This document shows positions 1 through 10,008 of a DNA stretch of 27,325 nt, piece by piece. The notes under the pieces were generated by a model. The model was not told the origin of the DNA. It saw only the letters and a program-made list of their open reading frames with translations, and did no database searches. Source of the stretch: a virus (lineage: Duplodnaviria > Caudoviricetes). A program made the translations under genes and the position numbers. The DNA is taken from positions 1-27,325 of the IMG/VR virus record IMGVR_UViG_3300032284_000688. One strand, given 5' to 3'. Within the stretch, counting starts at the first letter, position 1; each line of letters starts with the position of its first letter.

Positions 1-2
1 AG

Positions 3-830
3 TATACTCCAAGAATCAATAACTCAACCAGAAGAACCCTTACTTCTATTGCTCTTCATATTCCGGATAATATCACTTCTAACTTCGGAGTATCTTACGA
101 CGGCCTGGGTCTTGGTGCGCTTGGTTCTGCAATGGGATTACTTAGCGAACAAGGAGAATCCGGGGTGCTCACTGACTTGAAAAACCTGGCTATGGTTTCT
201 GGCGTTCAATTAGCAGGAGAAGCACTCTCTCAAGGAATTCCGGGAATTGTCAGAGCTCTATTCTCAGGTAGCAAAAACAGCTTTATGACTAATATTATTG
301 AAGGTATCTCGGGTGGAATTTCCAAGGAAGGGTCTGATCTAACAGGTATTGCCAAACAACTTGCAATGTTGAAACATGGAGTTGCTGAGAACCCATACCA
401 AGAATTATTGTTTAAAGGCGTCAACTATAGAGAATTTAACTTTGTGTATAAGTTAATGCCAACTTCCGAAGATGAGTCTAATCAAATTTCTGAAATTATT
501 AACCTTCTTAAATTCCACATGCATCCCGAAGTTTCTTCCAATGCAGCTAGATTCTTTACCCTACCCTCGGAATTTGATATTGAATTCTATTTTGGTGGTA
601 TTCAGAATCCATATATGGACTTTATTTCTACCTGTGTTTTACAAGGAGTAACTGTAAATTACTCCGGTGGTGGTCCATTCTTGACTCACCAGGACGGCGC
701 TCCAGCCGCACTCGACCTGACTCTGCAGTTCAAGGAAACCGAAATCCTCACCAAGAACAGAATCGAATCTCTGTTCAACCAAAAATTTGGATATTCTATT
801 ACTGATACAATCGCTCGGGGGGAAGGATAA
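3..830 (+). CDS. gp48: Baseplate tail-tube cap (T4 gp48-like), 5'-truncated by the window edge
   Basis: The frame of ORF 132..830 stays open back to nt 3 (YTPRINNSTRRTLTSIALHIPDNITSNFGVSY...), so the true start lies upstream. Motifs ENPYQELLFKGVNYREFNFVYKLMP, LPSEFDIEF, CVLQGVTVNY and LTLQFKETEILTK are typical of gp48-like proteins. Precedes gp53. Confidence 0.85.
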   Translation, partial: YTPRINNSTRRTLTSIALHIPDNITSNFGVSYDGLGLGALGSAMGLLSEQGESGVLTDLKNLAMVSGVQLAGEALSQGIPGIVRALFSGSKNSFMTNIIEGISGGISKEGSDLTGIAKQLAMLKHGVAENPYQELLFKGVNYREFNFVYKLMPTSEDESNQISEIINLLKFHMHPEVSSNAARFFTLPSEFDIEFYFGGIQNPYMDFISTCVLQGVTVNYSGGGPFLTHQDGAPAALDLTLQFKETEILTKNRIESLFNQKFGYSITDTIARGEG

Positions 831-833
831 TTT

Positions 834-1454
834 ATGTCATATTTCTCCTCGTTTAATTATGTTCTATACCCGAATTTCCAGGATCCCAATAATTATCTAA
901 TCCTTCAGAACATCACCAATAGAGTTGTAAGGAAGAATTATCTAGAAAACGATCGCGCACTTTTCTATAATTATGTGATGTTGGAAGGAGAAACTCCTGA
1001 ATCTGTTTCCTACAAGATCTATGGTAAGGTTGATTACTACTGGACCATCATGCTTGTAAACGATAGATTCGATGTTCAGTATGATTTCCCGTTGACCTCT
1101 ACTCAGCTGGACGATTATATTGAAGAAAAGTATGGATCCTCCGCCGCTGCCAGGAGCTCTCTGTTGTATTATATTAGACCAAATGTAACCAAGGTCACAG
1201 ATAATTACAAGTCTGACCCAGGATCAGACAGAAGAACAAACTTCATCCAGGTTCCATATGAGTTTACAATCGACAACGTTGACTATACGTATGCAACTTA
1301 TCCATTATATTCTAACGGCGTTCTAATGAAGACATCGATTTCTTCCTATGATTATGAAGTAGAGGAGAGCGAACTCAAACGAAATATTCTGGTTCTCGAG
1401 AAGAAATATATTGAATCGTTTGTGGAAGAATTCAATACGTTAATTAGAAAATAG
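834..1454 (+). CDS. gp53: Baseplate wedge subunit (gp53-like, LysM-like domain)
   Basis: MSYFSSF start, GETPESVSYKIYGKVDYYWTIMLVN, FPLTSTQLDDYIEEKYGS and C-terminal SSYDYEVEESELKRNILVL; synteny with gp48. Confidence 0.9.
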   Translation: MSYFSSFNYVLYPNFQDPNNYLILQNITNRVVRKNYLENDRALFYNYVMLEGETPESVSYKIYGKVDYYWTIMLVNDRFDVQYDFPLTSTQLDDYIEEKYGSSAAARSSLLYYIRPNVTKVTDNYKSDPGSDRRTNFIQVPYEFTIDNVDYTYATYPLYSNGVLMKTSISSYDYEVEESELKRNILVLEKKYIESFVEEFNTLIRK

Positions 1455-1456
1455 TC

Positions 1457-2806
1457 ATGCCCACCATTCAACCAGGGAAGTATAATCTAAAACATATTAG
1501 TATAGTTGCCGAATCCGGTCAGACTATCGACATCAAAGACATTTTCGTCGAGATGAACCTGACCGAATCGATCTTTCATTCTACGATCACCGGACATATA
1601 TTAGTCACAGATACTCTGAATTTGATCTCAGGTAGCGTTGGACTGCCATTAATGGGGAACGAAATACTGGTGATCAATATGGATCTTCCCACATATTTCG
1701 AGAGCGTTCCCGGGAATTCGATGGCATCTAAAGATCAATATATTCCTAAAGATAATCCGATTCTATTTGTGGGTAGAATAACTGCAATTAAAAATAGAAA
1801 CGCACTAAACGATAAGGCGCAAACTTACCTCATCGAATTTTGTTCTGAAGAACTAATTATTTCTGAGAACCTCAAAGTTTCTAAATCGTTTAAAGGAACT
1901 CCTTCGGATATTGCAGCTAAGATCTTTTCTACTCTGAATTCTTCTTCTCCCAATCCATATTTCGAGAAGACAATTAACCTGCTGAGTCTGGTTATTCCCA
2001 ATTGGAGACCGTTAAAGGCTATTGGTTGGCTGGCTTCTAGATCCATTTCTATTGTCAATAATTCTCCGACTTTCTTTTTTTTCCAGTCTTTATACTCCCC
2101 AGATTCGGTGCCTGGTATAATCACCACCAAATTTTGGTATGCTTCTTTGGATTATATGCTAGGATTGGAGCCTATTAAGACTATTAACTTTGGTCTGGCA
2201 AACGTCGATCAGGACGATAACTCCAGATTTCTGAGAGCTATAAATTATGAAGTGGAACAAGGTTATGATACCTTTGGAAATATAGATGCTGGATTGTTTG
2301 CAAACAGTTTAATAACCCATGACATTGCAAAGAAGGAATGGAAGAAATACGACCACGATTATTATAAGGCATTCCCTCTTTGGAATCACAACAGTAACGG
2401 GAAATTGTACAAGGGCGTTCCAGATTCCCTAGGGAATACATTTAATTCCTATCCAGATTCTAAAATCTATATGCATTCAACCGGAAACGCCACCGGAAAT
2501 AACTATATCGAAAAGATATCTAACAGAAGATCATCACAAGTAGCTTCCATTGATGCAGCTGTAATTAATCTTCTGGTTCCTGGAGATGGTAAAATCTATT
2601 CTGGTTCTAAGATAAAGTTCGCGTTCAAGTCTCCGGAATCATTAAATAATTCTCAGAGAGAGATCTACGATACGTTCTACAATGGAGATTATTTGGTTAC
2701 GGGCATCAGTCATAATTTCGTTTCTTCTGAGAACTATAGAATGTCCATGAGATGCGCCAAGGAATCATTGACACTTAATGTAGAAGATTATACAAGGAAT
2801 GTATAA
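1457..2806 (+). CDS. Probable baseplate hub protein (gp27-like)
   Basis: 449 aa between gp53 and gp5. ESIFHSTITGHILVTD, VIPNWRPLKAIGWLA, PTFFFFQS, VPGDGKIYSG and GDYLVTGISHNF match hub-type proteins of contractile tails. Confidence 0.65.
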   Translation: MPTIQPGKYNLKHISIVAESGQTIDIKDIFVEMNLTESIFHSTITGHILVTDTLNLISGSVGLPLMGNEILVINMDLPTYFESVPGNSMASKDQYIPKDNPILFVGRITAIKNRNALNDKAQTYLIEFCSEELIISENLKVSKSFKGTPSDIAAKIFSTLNSSSPNPYFEKTINLLSLVIPNWRPLKAIGWLASRSISIVNNSPTFFFFQSLYSPDSVPGIITTKFWYASLDYMLGLEPIKTINFGLANVDQDDNSRFLRAINYEVEQGYDTFGNIDAGLFANSLITHDIAKKEWKKYDHDYYKAFPLWNHNSNGKLYKGVPDSLGNTFNSYPDSKIYMHSTGNATGNNYIEKISNRRSSQVASIDAAVINLLVPGDGKIYSGSKIKFAFKSPESLNNSQREIYDTFYNGDYLVTGISHNFVSSENYRMSMRCAKESLTLNVEDYTRNV

Positions 2807-4033
2807 ATGAATAGTACCACAGGATTTATCGGATTCGACGGGTTTGTCTGGTTCCAGGGTGTAGTAGAAGATCGCTTCGATCCTGAGAAACTTGGAAGAG
2901 TTCGTGTCCGTATTCTTGGACTACATACAGAAAATAAGACAGAGATTCCAACCGAGGATCTACCCTGGGCATATCCTATTCAGCCTATCACTTCAGCAGC
3001 TATGAGCGGAATCGGAGAGACTCCTCTCGGTCCACTTCCAGGAACTTGGGTAGTTGGGTTTTTTAGAGACGGAGAAAATTGTCAGGAACCTGTTGTCTTT
3101 GGAACCTTAGCTGGCATTCCTCAGGAATTACCAAACGGCAGAATTGGGTTTAACGACCCAAAAGAAAATTATCCTAAAGAAGATCATGTTCCAGAAAACG
3201 ATTTACACCGTTTAGCCAGAAGAGAGAACATTGAAAAAACAATTGTTCCTAAAAAGTTCGAAACTCGAGATCTGGAAATACAAAAAGCTCAGGACAAATC
3301 TGGTTCTAGAGGAGAACCTTGGAACGAACCTGATCCTGGATATAATGCGGAATATCCCCATAACCATGTCTGGGAAACAGAATCTGGTCATACTTTTGAA
3401 TGGGACGATACTCCGAACAACGAAAGAATTCACGAGTACCATAAGACTGGAACCTTTTACGAAGTCCAGGCAGACGGCACTAAGGTTACAAAAGTTGTCA
3501 GGGACAATTACCAGTTAACCTACGGCGATGAATATATCCATATTCATGGTAATGCCAATATTAGAATTGGTGGCTCAGAATCTAATATCTTAATTGTAGG
3601 AAATGCAAATATTGAAGTACAAAAAGAAGCCTATGTTGTAACAGGCGATAATACTAAAATTGATGTTCATGGCGATTTAGATATATCTGTAGACGACGAC
3701 CTAAAGATCCAGGTTGGTGGGGATATGTCTGTGGGGGTTGCTGGTTCCTATTCCGTCCAGGCTGAAACTGTAAATATGACTGGATTAGATTCGGCTTCTT
3801 TATTCGGAGGAGGATATGCTGGAGTTACTTCTGCAGGTCAGGCAACTCTTTCTGGTATGGCTTCGGTTCAAGTCACGGGAGCTAACGTAGGACTACAGGC
3901 AAATGCTCTTTTAAGTATTGGAGGATCTATTGTGGATATTGGTGCTCTTTCTGTTGTTAAGACTACAGCGGGAGGCTCTATCTCTGCTCTTGCTCCTTTC
4001 GTTACAAGAGGCGGCTCGCCGTTCTGGAATTAA
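2807..4033 (+). CDS. gp5: Baseplate central spike (gp5-like): OB-fold plus beta-helix, no lysozyme domain
   Basis: FVWFQGVVEDRFDPEKLGRVRVRILGLH, LPWAYP, GTWVVGFFRDGENCQEPVVFG, YPHNHVWETESGHTFEWDDTPNNERIHEYHKTGTFYE, then VxGD/GN beta-helix repeats. Confidence 0.93.
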   Translation: MNSTTGFIGFDGFVWFQGVVEDRFDPEKLGRVRVRILGLHTENKTEIPTEDLPWAYPIQPITSAAMSGIGETPLGPLPGTWVVGFFRDGENCQEPVVFGTLAGIPQELPNGRIGFNDPKENYPKEDHVPENDLHRLARRENIEKTIVPKKFETRDLEIQKAQDKSGSRGEPWNEPDPGYNAEYPHNHVWETESGHTFEWDDTPNNERIHEYHKTGTFYEVQADGTKVTKVVRDNYQLTYGDEYIHIHGNANIRIGGSESNILIVGNANIEVQKEAYVVTGDNTKIDVHGDLDISVDDDLKIQVGGDMSVGVAGSYSVQAETVNMTGLDSASLFGGGYAGVTSAGQATLSGMASVQVTGANVGLQANALLSIGGSIVDIGALSVVKTTAGGSISALAPFVTRGGSPFWN

Positions 4034-4042
4034 GGATAATCT

Positions 4043-4555
4043 ATGGCATACATTCCAATACCTTCTGTACCATCTGTTTCGTTTATCCTGATCCCAGTTG
4101 TTGGATCTAAGATAGCGGCTAAAATAGAAAAAGTCAAAAGAAAAGCAGACGAAGAAAACGCAAAGTTCCAGGCAAAATATAAAAAGGAATTGGATCTGGC
4201 TGCAATATATCAAGGCAGACCAGCTCCAAATTATCTGTCTAATTACGCTTATTCAACTGCTTTAGATATTCAGAGCGCAGGGTTGTCTATAGCTCAGATT
4301 TCTCCTTATCAAATGGAAGCAGAGATCGCAAAAATAAAAGCCGAAGCAGCTGCAGCTGGAAATCAAAACCCTATAATTGACAAAAAACAAATTGCTGAAC
4401 GCATTGTAAAAGAAAAGGCAAAGCAGCTGCAAGCTCAGATAGAGATGGAATTAAAGAAACTAACGAACCCAAACATCTTACCAACTGGAAATGTACTTAC
4501 AATTCCTAACTTACCTAGTATTCCATCTATTCCCAGAATCCCTTTTGTGCTCTAA
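4043..4555 (+). CDS. Hypothetical protein with Pro/Ile-rich termini and a charged helical core
   Basis: 170-aa ORF filling the gp5-gp25 gap, preceded by AAGGA. No recognisable family. Confidence 0.75.
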   Translation: MAYIPIPSVPSVSFILIPVVGSKIAAKIEKVKRKADEENAKFQAKYKKELDLAAIYQGRPAPNYLSNYAYSTALDIQSAGLSIAQISPYQMEAEIAKIKAEAAAAGNQNPIIDKKQIAERIVKEKAKQLQAQIEMELKKLTNPNILPTGNVLTIPNLPSIPSIPRIPFVL

Positions 4556-4561
4556 TAAATA
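4554..4561 (+). promoter_or_regulatory. T4-type late promoter-like motif (AATAAATA)
   Basis: 7/8 match to TATAAATA, intergenic, 6 nt upstream of the gp25 ATG. Confidence 0.6.
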
Positions 4562-4567
4562 CTATCT

Positions 4568-4963
4568 ATGGCTTCAACTATTCAGAACAGATATAAAGAT
4601 TTGGATATTTCTTTCAGAAAAAATCCAAAGACTTCAGACTTTTACGAGTTAAAAGATATCGAAGCTGTAAAGAGATCAGTTAAGTTGCTGGTGCTTACCA
4701 ATTTCTCCGAGAGACCGTTTCATCCTGAGATCGGATCGGCGATATACAGTACATTGTTCGACAACTTCACCCAGGAATCCAGGATCAGAATTACCAGATC
4801 GATTAAAGATGTCATAAATAATTTTGAACCAAGAGCAAAACTTCTGAACGTCACCATAAAAGAACTCCCAGACACTAATAGTTTGTACGTTAATATCTAT
4901 TTCAATATTATCAATCTACCAAACCCGGTTTCTGTAGAGTTAAACCTAGAAAGAGTTAGATAA
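4568..4963 (+). CDS. gp25: Baseplate wedge subunit / sheath initiator gp25
   Basis: YKDLDISF, AVKRSVKLLVLTNFSERPFHPEIGS, INNFEPRAKL, LNLERVR. Confidence 0.95.
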   Translation: MASTIQNRYKDLDISFRKNPKTSDFYELKDIEAVKRSVKLLVLTNFSERPFHPEIGSAIYSTLFDNFTQESRIRITRSIKDVINNFEPRAKLLNVTIKELPDTNSLYVNIYFNIINLPNPVSVELNLERVR

Positions 4964-4966
4964 GAA

Positions 4967-6787
4967 ATGGCTGATAACACAACCAAGATAATCTCTCAGT
5001 TGGATTTCGAGGCGATTAAATCCAATCTGTCAGCGTTCATTGCAAATAATTCTGACTTCACCGACTATAACTTCGAGGGATCTGGGCTTTCTTTTATCAC
5101 GGATCTTCTGGCCTACAACACTCACTATAATGCCGTATATCTGAATATGGCAATCAACGAGAACTTCATTGACACGGCCCAGACCAGAAGTTCTATTGTT
5201 TCGCTCGCCAAGAACTTTGGGTATACTCCACGTTCCAAGAAGTCTTCTATAGCCGAACTTTCGTTTACTATCGACGAACCGGTCACCGCCAAACAGAACG
5301 GGAATACTATTTTCCTGGAACAGTCTAACTATTTCACTGGAGTTGTAGACGGAATTACCTATATCTTTTCTCCGATTGAATCTGTATCTGCCGTTTCTTC
5401 CAGCGGCAAATATACTTTCTCTGACGTAAAGGTTCGAGAAGGTTCCTATGTTACCATCAAGTATACTGTAACAGGAGCCGCGTCCGAGAAGTTCTTGATT
5501 AATAATTTCGATATCGATCTAGAGTCGATCCAAGTAACGGTTCAGAATTCAGTATCAGATACTAATATTACTACTTTCGAGTTAATATCAGATATTACAA
5601 CTTTAACTCCAGATTCGAATATCTTCTATCTATTCGAAACAACAAGCAGATCTTTCCAGATTCAATTCGGTGACGGAGTTCTAGGAAAGAAACTGACAGC
5701 TGGGAATATTGTCAATATTACTTACCAGACTTCTTCTGGTTCTGATGGAAATAATTGCTCGGCGTTCACTCTTTCCAATAGTATCGACAGCAGATTTACC
5801 TATGGCGATCTAGATTTCACCAACGTCGTGACTTCTTATGGCGGGGATTCAGAAGAATCTTTGGATTCGATCCGACTAAATGCTCTTCAGAATTTTAGAA
5901 CCCAGGGTCGTGCAGTAACTGCTGCTGACTACAAGTTCTTCATTGAACGGGATTATCCTCTGGCTCAGACCGTTTCAGTTTGGGGTGGACAAGACAACGA
6001 ACCGTATCCTATCTATGGTAAAGTCTTTATCTCTTTTAAACCTGACGGAGAATTCTTTATTTCTCAGGCGGCAAAGCAGAATATATTGGACAATATTATC
6101 AGCAATAAAAATATGGTCTCTGTTATTCCAGAAATTGTAGACCCGGAATACACATTCATTCAAATAGATTCTTCTGTAAAGTTTAATCCGAACGCGACAA
6201 TTCTGACAGCCGCTCAGATTAAATCTAAAGTTGTATCTACAATTCAGAATTATAATACCACAACACTTACCAAATTTGGAACCAACTTCTCTTATTCCAA
6301 GTTTACTACATTGATCGACGAATCGGACAGTTCAATTTTGGGTAATATTACAAGAATATCCCTGAGAAAGAATATGAACGTAACAGTCAATACAGCTCTG
6401 ACTTATATGTTTACATTCCAGAATCAGATTCACCCTGGGTCTGTTATATCTAAATATGCGTTCAAGGCAGAAAACGACCCGACTCTTGGTAATACAACAG
6501 CTTCTTTGCAATTGGACGACGACGAAAACGGCAAGATCCGTATCTTTAAATATGCAGAAGATAATACAGGGACCAAGATTATTCTGAACGCAAACGCAGG
6601 AACCGTCGACTATGCGCTAGGTGTGGTTACACTGGATAAGTTTAAGCCTTCTCAGGTCAATTCAGACAATACTATTGACATAGTTTGTAAGCCTGCTGAA
6701 TATTCAATCGGCGATATATCTTCTTATAGAAACAATATATTGACCATGATCGACACAGATATTATCGTTGATGTTAAAGAAGCCTAA
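4967..6787 (+). CDS. gp6: Baseplate wedge subunit gp6
   Basis: LDFEAIKSNL, FTDYNFEGSGLS, DLLAYNTHYNA, FGDGVLGKKL, ESLDSIRLNA, QGRAVTAADY, VWGGQDN, YGKVFISFKP. Confidence 0.95.
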   Translation: MADNTTKIISQLDFEAIKSNLSAFIANNSDFTDYNFEGSGLSFITDLLAYNTHYNAVYLNMAINENFIDTAQTRSSIVSLAKNFGYTPRSKKSSIAELSFTIDEPVTAKQNGNTIFLEQSNYFTGVVDGITYIFSPIESVSAVSSSGKYTFSDVKVREGSYVTIKYTVTGAASEKFLINNFDIDLESIQVTVQNSVSDTNITTFELISDITTLTPDSNIFYLFETTSRSFQIQFGDGVLGKKLTAGNIVNITYQTSSGSDGNNCSAFTLSNSIDSRFTYGDLDFTNVVTSYGGDSEESLDSIRLNALQNFRTQGRAVTAADYKFFIERDYPLAQTVSVWGGQDNEPYPIYGKVFISFKPDGEFFISQAAKQNILDNIISNKNMVSVIPEIVDPEYTFIQIDSSVKFNPNATILTAAQIKSKVVSTIQNYNTTTLTKFGTNFSYSKFTTLIDESDSSILGNITRISLRKNMNVTVNTALTYMFTFQNQIHPGSVISKYAFKAENDPTLGNTTASLQLDDDENGKIRIFKYAEDNTGTKIILNANAGTVDYALGVVTLDKFKPSQVNSDNTIDIVCKPAEYSIGDISSYRNNILTMIDTDIIVDVKEA

Positions 6788-6789
6788 CC

Positions 6790-9700
6790 ATGACCAATCC
6801 ATATTCTAGAAGACTATTCCTCGATAAATTAATCCCTCAATATATTCGAGAAGAGTATCCGCTGTTCCTCAATTTCTTGAAGGAATATTATAATTATCTG
6901 GATAGAACAGTTGGACAGATCATTGCCGTGACGGTATCTGATCAGGGAAAGAATTATTCTTCGTCTCCTGTTGTTCAATTACGAATTAATGGACTGGCAG
7001 ACACGTCTTCGGATCCGGCTCAACTGGAAGCATATGTAAGTAATGGAAGACTAGAAAAGATCCTGGTCACGAATTATGGATCCGGATACGACACAGAAGA
7101 CGAAGTCACTGTTTATATACAGGATTCTACTGGTACAGGCGCAGCGGCGGAACCAATAATTGTCAGAGATCTGGGTAATGTCAATCCGGCTGTTGTCCAG
7201 GTTCTCAGCTCGCGAGACATAGATCAAGAAGTTGCATTATTAACGACGTTTCTTGAAAACGAATATATTCCTACTTTCCCTGCTAAGTTGTATTCATCGA
7301 CGGCTGCGTCGGTTGAAGTGGAGAAGTTTGTCAAGTTTATTAAACAGTTCTATAATTCTGCTGGTATCGAAAATTCTATCAGATTTCTATACCGTATTCT
7401 GTTTAACACAACTGTCGATTTCTATTATCCCAAAACAGATATGCTGAGAGTGTCGGACGGAAGATGGAATATCGACCGTAAGATATACTTGTCTTCTAGT
7501 ATAGATTACCTGACGTTCAGAGATCAGTATGTGGGCAAGAGAATTCTGGAAGAATCTGGTGCTACTGCGATTATTGAAGCAGTGGATAAAATCACGGTTT
7601 CCACAGTAGATTATATTGCACTAACGATCTCAAATATTAATGGTACGTTTAACGAATCCGGATCCAAGAAAGTCTATAATTATCCAATCACAGGTATACA
7701 AGAACTGTTAGGATCAACTTATGTATATAATGGAAAGGTCCTGACTCTTGGACAGGGGTATTATCTTTCTGACGAAGGTCAGCCTTCTTCAAGAAAACGA
7801 ATCCAGGATTCGACGTACTATCAAGATTTTTCGTATGAATTACAATCGGAAGAATCGATTAAATCGTTTAAGAACGTCGTCGAAAATCTATTCCATCCAG
7901 CTGGATTAAGATACTTCATTAAGATTACATTGTCTTCTGCTGCTGCTCTTGACGAACAGGTTCTGAATAATGAAACTAATATTATCAACTTTGCAGACGA
8001 AGAATTTGTGAGCGAGTTATCGCCGAGCGCATATTCCCTGGGCCCAATTAATTTGGATATCGATCTGAACAAAGCCGTTACATATCCTGTTCCATACGTA
8101 GATTTCACATCAACTGCTCTTGTATCATTGGTTTCTCAGTCAACAGTTGATATTTCTGACGCCGCCAGTTTTTCTAATAATAGCGACGAATATTTAAACT
8201 TCTCCGTAATTATCACAGAAGGTTCTAATACATTCTATAGATACGTCACAGCATATAATACAAGTACCAAAGTCATTACTTTGGATTCGGCGTTCACTCC
8301 TTCTTCTTCGCCGATTACATATAGACTGATTCAGAATTATAGAATTGCCTCTATGGATTATACCAACAAGAAAATGACGCTTTCTTCGTTGGATCCTATG
8401 AGATACATTCCATTTACAAACAACGTCTCTTCTGTGTTGTCGGCCTCAACTACGGCATCTACTGGAGCTACTGGGATTGTACTGGATATATCTGATACAC
8501 TAAACGTCAAGGTCGGAGATGTCATCCAGGTAGATTCAGAGAAGATGACTGTCAACTGGACAAAAGGTGCAACAGGAGTATTAAATCTAAGCGTGACGAG
8601 AGCCGCATCCGGTACCTCCGTCGCCTCTCACACCAAAGGCGCAACAGCCTATAATACTACAGATCATAGATATCTTGGCTGGAGAATCTATATTACTTCT
8701 GGTCCAGCCGCTGGACAATTTGGGAAAGTAACTGCGTATGGAGCGACCGGAGTCTTAACATATTCTACTGCATATACTTTACACGCTTCCGGCGCAACTG
8801 CCCCTACAACAAATTCTACATATTACCTGTTACCAGATTTTGCTGGTGCAACCGGCGCTGGTAACGACGGGTATTATACAACCGGATCTACTGGTATTTC
8901 TTCTATTAATGTTTCGAACGGAGGTTCTGGTTATGTAACAGGTGCTGGATATGGTGTTCGTGTAAATATTACAGCGCCGATTGGAGCCACCGGAACTGGA
9001 TATGCAAAAGCAGCTGGTGCCACGGCTACTGTAGTGAGCGGTGTAATTACTGCCGTCACGGTATATGACGCAGGAAAATACTACCTATTCGCTCCTAACG
9101 TAACATTTACTCAACTAGGAGCAACAGGCATTCTAAGAACAGCATATGCATATGCAAGCCTAAACAATACAAATTCTCCTTCTTCTGATTATATGAAGTT
9201 CTCAGAACTTGGTGGAACTGTTCTATATATTCCATCTGGTGCCACGGCGTTTGTTCCTGCTAAGGCCTCGGTTACCCTACAAAATAAAACCACCAGGCTA
9301 ACCACTGCCATGGATTCTACAGGAATATATATCAGAGTCCAGAGCAGTTCAGTCTTAAATGCGTTCGATGTTGTTCAGATAGAGAACGAAAAGCTATTAT
9401 TATTATCGGATTATGACAATGTACAGAACGCCTTTAAAGTACTCCGAGGATATAATGGTACAACAGCGGCGGCACATTCTTCCGGAATGTTGGTAGAAGT
9501 CGTGGGGTCGACACAAGATGCTCGTAATGTTCTGAGGAGTGTTGTTAGTTGTGACATAACAACTAATGGAAATGGATATTTTTCTTCTCCTAGAGTATAT
9601 TTCACTGGCGGAGAAGGAACTGGAGCAGCAGCAAGTTCAACAGTTACCAATGGACAGGTCAGCAATATCGTCATGACAAACGCAGGTAGCGGATATATAT

Positions 9701-9993
9701 CTGCTCCTATGGTTGAAATAGAAGAACCCGGAATTAAATCCGGGGACAGAGTTATTCAACTACAAACAACCGGAGCAACTGGAATATATGCAATGGGAAC
9801 TGTAGACTACTGGGATCGCTCAGCGAACTTGTTGTATATCAAAAAGGATTTCGGTTCGCCAGATTTCGATTATTCCACTATCAATTATAATGGTATAAAT
9901 ATTCCTGTAAGCGGAGCTACTGGGATAGTCTATTATAAGACAACTGGTAAGGCGAAGAATTCCCTTCCAGAATCAGAAATCAACATTATCTAA
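6790..9993 (+). CDS. gp7: Baseplate wedge initiator (gp7-like) with a long beta-rich modular extension
   Basis: IPQYIREEYPLFLNFLKEYY, IKQFYNSAGIENSIRFLYRILFN, YYPKTDMLRVSDGRW, RIQDSTYYQDFSYEL and HPAGLRYF; lies between gp6 and gp8. Confidence 0.85.
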   Translation: MTNPYSRRLFLDKLIPQYIREEYPLFLNFLKEYYNYLDRTVGQIIAVTVSDQGKNYSSSPVVQLRINGLADTSSDPAQLEAYVSNGRLEKILVTNYGSGYDTEDEVTVYIQDSTGTGAAAEPIIVRDLGNVNPAVVQVLSSRDIDQEVALLTTFLENEYIPTFPAKLYSSTAASVEVEKFVKFIKQFYNSAGIENSIRFLYRILFNTTVDFYYPKTDMLRVSDGRWNIDRKIYLSSSIDYLTFRDQYVGKRILEESGATAIIEAVDKITVSTVDYIALTISNINGTFNESGSKKVYNYPITGIQELLGSTYVYNGKVLTLGQGYYLSDEGQPSSRKRIQDSTYYQDFSYELQSEESIKSFKNVVENLFHPAGLRYFIKITLSSAAALDEQVLNNETNIINFADEEFVSELSPSAYSLGPINLDIDLNKAVTYPVPYVDFTSTALVSLVSQSTVDISDAASFSNNSDEYLNFSVIITEGSNTFYRYVTAYNTSTKVITLDSAFTPSSSPITYRLIQNYRIASMDYTNKKMTLSSLDPMRYIPFTNNVSSVLSASTTASTGATGIVLDISDTLNVKVGDVIQVDSEKMTVNWTKGATGVLNLSVTRAASGTSVASHTKGATAYNTTDHRYLGWRIYITSGPAAGQFGKVTAYGATGVLTYSTAYTLHASGATAPTTNSTYYLLPDFAGATGAGNDGYYTTGSTGISSINVSNGGSGYVTGAGYGVRVNITAPIGATGTGYAKAAGATATVVSGVITAVTVYDAGKYYLFAPNVTFTQLGATGILRTAYAYASLNNTNSPSSDYMKFSELGGTVLYIPSGATAFVPAKASVTLQNKTTRLTTAMDSTGIYIRVQSSSVLNAFDVVQIENEKLLLLSDYDNVQNAFKVLRGYNGTTAAAHSSGMLVEVVGSTQDARNVLRSVVSCDITTNGNGYFSSPRVYFTGGEGTGAAASSTVTNGQVSNIVMTNAGSGYISAPMVEIEEPGIKSGDRVIQLQTTGATGIYAMGTVDYWDRSANLLYIKKDFGSPDFDYSTINYNGINIPVSGATGIVYYKTTGKAKNSLPESEINII

Positions 9994-10008
9994 AAGGTCA
10001 AATAAGAA

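Noticed and set aside
132-830. ATG at 132 as the gp48 start
   Set aside because: The frame is open to the window edge and the upstream translation contains gp48-like sequence (IALHIPDNITSNFGVSY).
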